DNA of 32,110 bases from Candidatus Microgenomates bacterium. GTDB taxonomy: Bacteria > Patescibacteriota > JACPGU01. The notes beneath the pieces are model-generated. The model made no database searches. It had not been told where the DNA came from and saw only the letters and a program-made list of their open reading frames with translations. Where the stretch lies: the NCBI GenBank assembly GCA_016188915.1, contig JACPGU010000001.1, positions 1-32,110 of the forward strand, read 5' to 3'. Of this stretch, positions 25,351 through 32,110 are shown one piece after another; positions within the stretch are counted from its first letter, which is position 1, and the number at the start of each line of letters is the position of its first letter. The translations under genes and the position numbers were made by a program.

Positions 25351-26073
25351 ATGGCAGTAGCAAAAACAAAGCGTCTAGACGGGATTTTTCGTCAAATAGG
25401 ATATTCAAAATGGGTTTTCGCGCGCGCATTTTTGCCCAGTCTTAAAATATTAATCCCTCTTGCTATTTTTTCTTTTGCTTTCACGACGACCATGTCTTTG
25501 AGCCTAGACGGGTCGATTGTTGTTATCGCTCTCGTGCTTTTTATTTTGTTTTCTTTTTATGCGGCTATCGTGACAATGTATATTATTGATAGCGTGTATC
25601 GCAGGGAGAAAATTGACTTCAAAAAGCTCTTGCCTACGTCCAGAAAAAATTTTTGGAAATTTTTTATCGTGAAATTTCTAACCGCTTTAATTATTATTAT
25701 TGGCTACTTACTTTTTATCATCCCGGGGATTTTTCTCTCCGTACGCTATGCTTTTACCGGATTCGTTGCTCTTTTTGAGAAAAAAAGTATTGGAGATACG
25801 ATGGACTATGGTTTTGAGCTTACTCATGGGTATTGGTGGGCGCTTTTTGGTCGTTTCGTTATTTTGGGATTTTTGATTTCAGTGCTCTATGTCCTAATAA
25901 TTAGCGCTCTTCTTTATGTAGGATCGCTTTTGGCTCCAATCACTAGCACTATTAATAGCGGGATTATTCTCAACGCAATTACATCTTTTGTTTCTCCCTT
26001 TGTTGGCTTGTGGATAACATCATTCTATTATGTTCTTTATAGAGATATCGCGAAGAAATCGGTAACAATTTAG
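25351..26073 (+). CDS. Polytopic membrane protein, hypothetical
   Basis: About six TM helices with LLFIIPGIF and GYWWALFGR segments; SD AGGAGG. Confidence 0.75.
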   Translation: MAVAKTKRLDGIFRQIGYSKWVFARAFLPSLKILIPLAIFSFAFTTTMSLSLDGSIVVIALVLFILFSFYAAIVTMYIIDSVYRREKIDFKKLLPTSRKNFWKFFIVKFLTALIIIIGYLLFIIPGIFLSVRYAFTGFVALFEKKSIGDTMDYGFELTHGYWWALFGRFVILGFLISVLYVLIISALLYVGSLLAPITSTINSGIILNAITSFVSPFVGLWITSFYYVLYRDIAKKSVTI

Positions 26074-26076
26074 TTT

Positions 26077-26751
26077 ATGCGTCCAAAGCAATTTGACTAC
26101 AAAAACAATCCGGCGTGGAGAATGTTTCGGATCATGGGGGAGTTCTCGGAGGGTTTTGAATTCATCTCTAGTCTCAAAAAGGCGGTGACGATCTTTGGTT
26201 CGGCGCGCACCAATCCGCGCGACAAATGGTACAAAGAGGCGATGAAGCTCGGAGAATTATTGGCCGGCAAAAATTACGATGTCGTCACCGGCGGAGGACC
26301 GGGGATAATGGAGGCGGCCAATCGTGGCGCTTTCGGTCGGCACAAAAAAGGTGATTCGGTGGGACTCAATATCCAATTACCGCGCGAGCAAAGAGTCAAT
26401 CCTTATGTGGAGCGTTCCATCGCTTTCCATTATTTCTTCACTCGCAAAGTGATAATGAGTTTCGTGGCCAATGCCTATGTTTATTTCCCCGGCGGGTTTG
26501 GCACGCTGGATGAGCTGTATGAAATCGTTACTTTGGTGCAAACGAAGAAATTGGAACCGGTGCCGATTATCTTGGTGGGGCGTGATTTTTGGCGACCATT
26601 GCTTGATTTTTCCAATAAGATGATGGTGGGCAAATACAAAACAGTCAACCGCAATGAGCTGAAAATAATTCAGATTGTTGATACTGCGGAAGGAGCTTTT
26701 AAGATAATTGAAAAAGCTTTGAAGAAAAATGGGAAGAAGAAACAAGAATAA
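26077..26751 (+). CDS. LOG family (TIGR00730-like) nucleotide monophosphate nucleosidase
   Basis: FGSAR, TGGGPGIMEAAN and PGGFGTLDE motifs. Confidence 0.92.
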   Translation: MRPKQFDYKNNPAWRMFRIMGEFSEGFEFISSLKKAVTIFGSARTNPRDKWYKEAMKLGELLAGKNYDVVTGGGPGIMEAANRGAFGRHKKGDSVGLNIQLPREQRVNPYVERSIAFHYFFTRKVIMSFVANAYVYFPGGFGTLDELYEIVTLVQTKKLEPVPIILVGRDFWRPLLDFSNKMMVGKYKTVNRNELKIIQIVDTAEGAFKIIEKALKKNGKKKQE

Positions 26752-26793
26752 CGCAGGATATAGGATGCAGTGCCCAGGATTCAGAAATTGATA

Positions 26794-27483
26794 ATGAAGC
26801 AGATCAAAATCATTTTTGAGGACAAAGATATTTTGGTGATAGATAAACCGGCGGGGTTGGTAGTGGAGAAAGACGCAAAGACCAAGCCATCACAAGGGGA
26901 AACGCTGGAAGATATTTTGAAAAAAGATTTTCAAATCAATCTCCCGCGCGCCGGGATAGTGCACCGATTAGATCGCGATACCTCCGGGCTGATGGTGGTG
27001 GCAAAAACTGAAAAAGCTCTCGTTAATTTGCAAAATCAATTTCAGAGCCATCAGGTGGAGAAAAAATACATCGCCTTGGTTCTTGGTAGAATGGAAGCAG
27101 GGGAGGGGACGATTGATATTGCCTTAAGGCGCGATCCGAAAAACGGAACGCGATTTATTGCCTCAAAAGCGAAAGATGCTCGGAGAGCAGTAACGCATTA
27201 TAAGACAGCAGAGACGATTCGCGGACTGTCTTTACTGGAGATAAATCTGGAAACCGGGCGGACGCATCAGATTCGGGCGCATTTTTTTAGCATAGGTCAT
27301 CCGGTGATAGGGGATCAGATTTATAAAAATGGTCTTTCCGAAAGCATTTCAAAAGAGTTAAATATAGATAGGCAGTTTTTGCATGCAGAAAAACTTTCTT
27401 TTACACATCCTGTGACAGGCAAAAAATTAAATTTTCAAAGCAATTTGCCAAATGATCTAGTAAAAATAAAAAACAAACTATGA
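26794..27483 (+). CDS. RluA/RluD-family pseudouridine synthase (no S4 domain)
   Basis: DKPAGL, HRLDRDTSG, TGRTHQIR and LHA motifs; ATG at 26794 preferred. Confidence 0.92.
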   Translation: MKQIKIIFEDKDILVIDKPAGLVVEKDAKTKPSQGETLEDILKKDFQINLPRAGIVHRLDRDTSGLMVVAKTEKALVNLQNQFQSHQVEKKYIALVLGRMEAGEGTIDIALRRDPKNGTRFIASKAKDARRAVTHYKTAETIRGLSLLEINLETGRTHQIRAHFFSIGHPVIGDQIYKNGLSESISKELNIDRQFLHAEKLSFTHPVTGKKLNFQSNLPNDLVKIKNKL

Positions 27484-28673
27484 ATCTAGAAAACATTCTC
27501 CCGCCACCAATGCCAGAAAAAAAATTGCCTTCTGGCGAAAATCTTTTTGATAAAGAACTTTTTGATGAACTGGGAAAAAGAACAAGGCAAGCTTTTGATC
27601 TCGGGAAAGAAATGGCAGAAAGCCCAAAAGGTAGAAATCTCGCTAGTTGGTTCAAGAAATCGCCAAGACTCAAGGCGGCGCTTTTTGCTGGCCTTGTAGC
27701 TTCCTCTATCCCTGCTCCCGGAGCGCAAGCCAAAACTAGCGAAGATTTATTTAATATAGGCAAAGGTATAGCGATAGGCAAGGTAGTAGATGGCATCAGC
27801 AAAACAAAGGTAGGGGCCAAAAACGAAAAACAAGAAGTCAAAGACGCGCTGGAGACCATAAAACAAATTCTTTACCTATATAGTTTAGTCAAGGGCGAGG
27901 ATTCTTTGGACGCGCAAGAACTAGAATCGCTTCACCAAATAATAGATATGGCGGAAGCGGAGCCAGATTCACTAGATGAGGAATCCATTGCTAGAATAAT
28001 CCGCATTTTAAATCAGCCCAATAGAGGCGAAAACGAAAGAGAGAAAAAAATGGAAAGAGTTATTAAATTGAGAGAAATCGCGTCCATTTTGCGGGAAAAA
28101 ATGGACGAAATAGAAGCATATAGGCAAGAGGTGGCGGCAAAAGAAAGAGAATTGAAAGAAGAACTGGCCAGTCGCCAGCGAGAGCAAGAAGCGGAAAACG
28201 CGAGCGCCCAATGGGACAAGGAAGCAAAAGAAAGAGAAAGGGCTTTTTATGAAGTGGATTGGGAAGACGATTCCGATATCTCAAATTACGATATGAAATT
28301 TCAACGTTCCTACGACAAAGAGCAAACAGTTTTGCCGGAAAAAGATGGAGCAAAATGGCATTTTGAAAATTGGACGAAGACTATTGATAATAAAAAAACA
28401 ATTGGCCCCTCTGTTTTGGTCAAAGAATATGATGATGGAGAATATGGCAAAGTAAAGCTTGAGATAATTGTTATGTCCACAGACAGTCCTGACAAAAAAG
28501 AAGTAATTGTTTTGTTGTCGGACAATGCCTATCAAAGGGAAAATGTGACCGATCTGGATTCTGACACGCCTAAAAAAGCCCTAGAACTTTTCAACAAAAA
28601 AAATAGAGAAAAGGAGATAATGACAGGAGAAAAAGAAGATGCCAGGGTGGAAAGGGCAAAAGATTTATTCTAA
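27480..28673 (+). CDS. Hypothetical protein with a hydrophobic segment and central coiled coil
   Basis: 397-aa ORF with an ATGA overlap with the upstream gene. Confidence 0.7.
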   Translation: MNLENILPPPMPEKKLPSGENLFDKELFDELGKRTRQAFDLGKEMAESPKGRNLASWFKKSPRLKAALFAGLVASSIPAPGAQAKTSEDLFNIGKGIAIGKVVDGISKTKVGAKNEKQEVKDALETIKQILYLYSLVKGEDSLDAQELESLHQIIDMAEAEPDSLDEESIARIIRILNQPNRGENEREKKMERVIKLREIASILREKMDEIEAYRQEVAAKERELKEELASRQREQEAENASAQWDKEAKERERAFYEVDWEDDSDISNYDMKFQRSYDKEQTVLPEKDGAKWHFENWTKTIDNKKTIGPSVLVKEYDDGEYGKVKLEIIVMSTDSPDKKEVIVLLSDNAYQRENVTDLDSDTPKKALELFNKKNREKEIMTGEKEDARVERAKDLF

Positions 28674-28675
28674 AT

Positions 28676-28706
28676 AAAAAAATGCCCCGCAGATGCGGGG
28701 CAAAAA
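28676..28706. terminator. Terminator between convergent genes
   Basis: TGCCCCGCA-GA-TGCGGGGCA hairpin; the adjacent A run gives a U tract on the minus strand. Confidence 0.75.
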
Positions 28707-28744
28707 GACGGAGAGGGTAGCGCCCCCTCCCAAGGAGGACAAAA

Positions 28745-29674
28745 TTATTGAGGCGGAGGGTTCTCCTCCAAGGCCTTTTCCTTGCAAGTGGACTCATCGC
28801 CCACATACAAGGCACCTGCCGCCTCGTTTAAGCCGACGATTTTGCCGACTTTTTTCTTTTCATCGCCCTCCAGGAGGAGGGCGGTGCCGTATGCCAGGCG
28901 AAGACTTTTTCTTTTCTTCGCCACCTGAGACATACAGCCAGCTTCCGCGTATTGGACGCGGATTTCCCAGGCGCGGTAATCTTTCTCCGCCTGGGAGGCC
29001 TTGGCATTTTGCCCGAGGCGAGTCTCCACCGTGGACTGGAGGGTGTCAATTTTCCTCTCCAGAGGCGCCACTGCGGTCGCCACTTCTTCTTTGATCACCT
29101 CGCGTAGCCTTTTGCCGAAGGCGGCGAGGTGATCCTCCAACTCCTCTTGCGTCAGACTGTCCGATAGGGGCTTTACCTCCACCATCAGGACATGCCCCTT
29201 TTGGCCTGGATAGCCCAAGAGGACCATCCGGCCTTTCTTCAAAATGATGTCGCCCTCCATGGCGACATCGTGCCGGAGCCAACCGATCCCAACGGTGTGA
29301 TGTTGGGGCTGGGTTCCGTCACAGGAAATCTCCTTGAAGGTCAAGATGAAAGCCGATCCATCCTGACCTTTCGCGTAGACGCAGGCCGCGCCGTCGGTGA
29401 CGGCGATGTCGGCGTCACTCCCGAAGGGCGCTCCCAGTTGATTCAAGTCCGCGTTGGCGGTAAGAACCCCTGGAAGTATTTTCACGAAAATCCCCTGTTC
29501 GGCAGAGGCGACCGTGGCGCTGATGAAAAAAGCGCCGAGGAGAGAGAAAAACCCGAAAACGCGGGCTTTCTTCCTTCCAAAAATCTTGGCGATCATCCGA
29601 CCGAAAACGGCCGTAATGATTGCCGCGACAATCATTACGATTGCCAAAAAAACGAGTTTTTTCATCTTTTTCAC
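28745..29674 (-). CDS. Hypothetical membrane-anchored/secreted protein, GC-rich (probably foreign)
   Basis: 309-aa ORF with two N-terminal hydrophobic segments ending in ASA-E; has its own promoter and terminator. Confidence 0.7.
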   Translation of the reverse strand: MKKMKKLVFLAIVMIVAAIITAVFGRMIAKIFGRKKARVFGFFSLLGAFFISATVASAEQGIFVKILPGVLTANADLNQLGAPFGSDADIAVTDGAACVYAKGQDGSAFILTFKEISCDGTQPQHHTVGIGWLRHDVAMEGDIILKKGRMVLLGYPGQKGHVLMVEVKPLSDSLTQEELEDHLAAFGKRLREVIKEEVATAVAPLERKIDTLQSTVETRLGQNAKASQAEKDYRAWEIRVQYAEAGCMSQVAKKRKSLRLAYGTALLLEGDEKKKVGKIVGLNEAAGALYVGDESTCKEKALEENPPPQ

Positions 29675-29743
29675 GCGTCGCCCCTGGCGTGGGGCGTTCC
29701 TTTCAGTTTTTAAGGTTCGCTTCGCGATACCTGGTTTGAACGC

Positions 29744-29772
29744 AATATAGCATAATTTTACAAAAAAGTCAA
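29744..29772 (-). promoter_or_regulatory. sigma70 promoter
   Basis: Minus strand TTGACT-17 bp-TATATT with extended TGn. Confidence 0.75.
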
Positions 29773-29856
29773 TAGTTTTTTAAATAAACATACGACAAAT
29801 AGGACGAATAAGACAAATAGGGCAAAGGAGAAGAGAAAAAATAGCGAAAAACCATC

Positions 29857-29885
29857 TTGAACAATGAGAAAACTCGGGTTAAGAT
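29857..29885 (+). promoter_or_regulatory. Candidate secDF promoter
   Basis: TTGAAC-17 bp-TAAGAT. Confidence 0.45.
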
Positions 29886-29920
29886 GGGGGAGCGAAGATT
29901 CATAATTTAAAGAGATTTTT

Positions 29921-31249
29921 ATGCGGAGAAAAATTTGGTTTATCTTTATTTTTATTCTAACTTTGGCTGTTTTCGCCGGTGTGGTGGATTGGCCTAAGGG
30001 GCCGGATATCAAAATCGGTAGTTTTTATCGTAAATTGGATATCCACCAGGGGCTAGATCTTTTAGGAGGAACACATCTGGTTTACGAAGCCGATATGATC
30101 AAAATAAATCCCAAGGAGCGTGATAGCGCGCTGGAAGGAGTAAAAAAAGTAATTGAGCGTCGCATCAATGGCTTGGGCGTGTCCGAACCGATTATTCAAA
30201 CAACCTCGTCGCTTAATTCTTATCGCATTATTATTGAGCTACCTGGTATATCTGACGTGGAGGAAGCAGTCAATCTGATCGGCCAAACAGCCCAATTGGA
30301 ATTTCGAGAAGGGATAGCAAGTCAAAGCCTGGACGAAAATGGACAATTCAAAGTGCCTGGGGCTGAAGACATCAACAATTGGAAAGATATCGGTCTAACC
30401 GGTGCCTTGTTCAAAAAAGCCAATGTGCAAGTCAATCAGAGCACTTTTGAGCCAGAGATCAATATCTCCTTTAACGACGAAGGAGCGACTATTTTTACGG
30501 AAGCAACGGGGCGTAATGTTGGCAAGCCTCTGGCAATATTTTTAGACAAAAAATTGCTTTCCGCGCCCAAGGTCAATCAAAAAATAGAAGAAAGCAACGC
30601 GGTAATCAGTGGCGGTTTTGATATCAAAGAAGCCAAAAATCTAGCCATTCAATTAAATGCTGGCGCTCTGCCGGTGCCTATTTCTTTGGCCGAGCAGAGA
30701 AACGTAGGGGCAACATTGGGTCAGGATTCTGTTCACAAAAGTTTTGTCGCCGGACTGATCGGTGTTTTGGCGGTAATTTTGTTTATGTTGGTTTATTACC
30801 GTTTGCCAGGACTACTTTCTGCCTTGGCGCTATCCATCTATTCTTTGATTGTCATGGCTTTGTTCAAAATTATTCCGGTGACCATGACCCTGGCGGGTAT
30901 CGCCGGTTTCATTTTGTCCATCGGCATGGCCGTGGACGCTAATATTTTGATTTTTGAAAGGATGAAGGAAGAGTTGCGTCGGGGCAAAACTTTTTCTTCA
31001 GCGGTAAAGGCTGGTTTTGATCGTGCTTGGAGCTCTATCCGCGATTCCAATGTTTCGTCTTTGATTACTTGTATTATTTTGTTTTATTTTGGTACTGGCC
31101 TAATCAGAGGCTTTGCTCTAACTTTGGCTATCGGTATTTTGGTCAGTATGTTTTCCGCCATTACGGTGACCAGGATTTTTTTACTGCTTTTGATTGGGAC
31201 AAAAATTTCTGAAAAAAAATGGCTTTTTGGTAGCACGAACTATAAATAA
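29921..31249 (+). CDS. secD: Protein translocase subunit SecD
   Basis: GLDLLGG, RRINGLGVSEP, LNAGALP and IGMAVDANILIFER motifs. Confidence 0.97.
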   Translation: MRRKIWFIFIFILTLAVFAGVVDWPKGPDIKIGSFYRKLDIHQGLDLLGGTHLVYEADMIKINPKERDSALEGVKKVIERRINGLGVSEPIIQTTSSLNSYRIIIELPGISDVEEAVNLIGQTAQLEFREGIASQSLDENGQFKVPGAEDINNWKDIGLTGALFKKANVQVNQSTFEPEINISFNDEGATIFTEATGRNVGKPLAIFLDKKLLSAPKVNQKIEESNAVISGGFDIKEAKNLAIQLNAGALPVPISLAEQRNVGATLGQDSVHKSFVAGLIGVLAVILFMLVYYRLPGLLSALALSIYSLIVMALFKIIPVTMTLAGIAGFILSIGMAVDANILIFERMKEELRRGKTFSSAVKAGFDRAWSSIRDSNVSSLITCIILFYFGTGLIRGFALTLAIGILVSMFSAITVTRIFLLLLIGTKISEKKWLFGSTNYK

Positions 31250-31258
31250 TATCTGCGC

Positions 31259-32110
31259 ATGAGAATTATTGAGCACTGGAAAATTTGGTTTTTTATTTCG
31301 GCCTTGGCTATTGTGCCGGGAATAATCGCCCTATCCTTGTGGGGATTAAAACCGGGAATTGATTTTGCCGGTGGGACGCTTTTGGAAATGAACTTTCCAA
31401 ACATTAAAGAATTGGACGCGCGTGAGGTGGCGGATGTTTTTGCCAATCAAGGCATAGAAGGCGCGCAAATTACTTTGACTGCTAGCAATACTTTTTTGGC
31501 GCGTTCGCATAGCATTGGTAATGCCCAATACAAAGAATTAGCGACTGCTCTAAATCAAGAAGTAGGGGAGGCCAAAGAATTGCGACTGGAAACAGTTGGA
31601 CCCACTATCAGTCGCGATTTAACAAAGAAAGCCGTTTGGGCGATTATCCTAGCTATTTTGGCTATTATTTTTTATATCGCTTGGGCTTTTCGCACTGTTC
31701 CTAGCGGGTATTCCAGTTGGAAATTTGGCCTTTCCACCATTGTCGCGTTACTTCATGATGTAGTCATCGTGATGGGTGCTTTCGCTATTTTGGGTCATTA
31801 CAAAGGGGTAGAAGTGGACAGTCTGTTTGTCACTGCTATTTTGACAACTCTTGGTTTTTCGGTGCACGATACTATCGTAGTTTTTGACAGGATTAGAGAA
31901 AATCTGCGTACGACAACCGGCACTTTTACTCAGGTAGCCAACAAAAGTATCGGCGAAACAATGAGCCGATCTATCAATACATCGGCTACGGTAATTTTTA
32001 CACTTTTGGCTTTGCTTCTTTTTGGTGGCGCCTCCATTTATTATTTTGTGTTGGCTTTAGTTATCGGTATTATTGCCGGAACGTATTCTTCAATTTTTAA
32101 TGCTTCCATC
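31259..32110 (+). CDS. secF: Protein translocase subunit SecF (3'-partial)
   Basis: From ATG 31259: GIDFAGGT, ETVGPTISRDL, ALLHDV, GFSVHDTIVVFDRIREN and GTYSSIF; runs off the window. Confidence 0.95.
   Translation, partial: MRIIEHWKIWFFISALAIVPGIIALSLWGLKPGIDFAGGTLLEMNFPNIKELDAREVADVFANQGIEGAQITLTASNTFLARSHSIGNAQYKELATALNQEVGEAKELRLETVGPTISRDLTKKAVWAIILAILAIIFYIAWAFRTVPSGYSSWKFGLSTIVALLHDVVIVMGAFAILGHYKGVEVDSLFVTAILTTLGFSVHDTIVVFDRIRENLRTTTGTFTQVANKSIGETMSRSINTSATVIFTLLALLLFGGASIYYFVLALVIGIIAGTYSSIFNASI

Overview
A mostly housekeeping window from a small, AT-rich bacterial genome; gene content and style suggest a Patescibacteria/CPR organism (inference). The + strand carries, in order: the 3' part of a DUF11-repeat LPxTG-like surface protein, prfB, ftsE, ftsX, an M23 peptidase, an S41 peptidase, rplI, ybaB, pth, mfd, dprA, topA, lemA, a TPM-domain protein, eno, recR, cysS, a LOG-family protein, an RluA-family synthase, secD and partial secF, plus several hypotheticals. 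Two minus-strand units stand out. (1) An island between the normally adjacent dprA and topA encodes a divergent retron-like reverse transcriptase (YADD intact; LPKG instead of LPQG; altered NAxxH and VTG motifs; long insertion). It is preceded by a ~176-nt structured RNA with its own sigma70 promoter and a 9-bp 5'/3' closing stem. The RNA+RT cassette is bracketed by 36-bp direct repeats that are terminators and contains no effector gene; two small ORFs (one a zinc ribbon) lie upstream. (2) An orphan ~440-nt structured ncRNA between pth and mfd has a near-consensus promoter and a terminator; its two 28-bp stems favour opposite strands. Small palindromic elements, a MITE-like element and heptamer repeats are scattered through the window, some in frame inside prfB, pth and topA. 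All RNA structures were read by eye and need computational confirmation.
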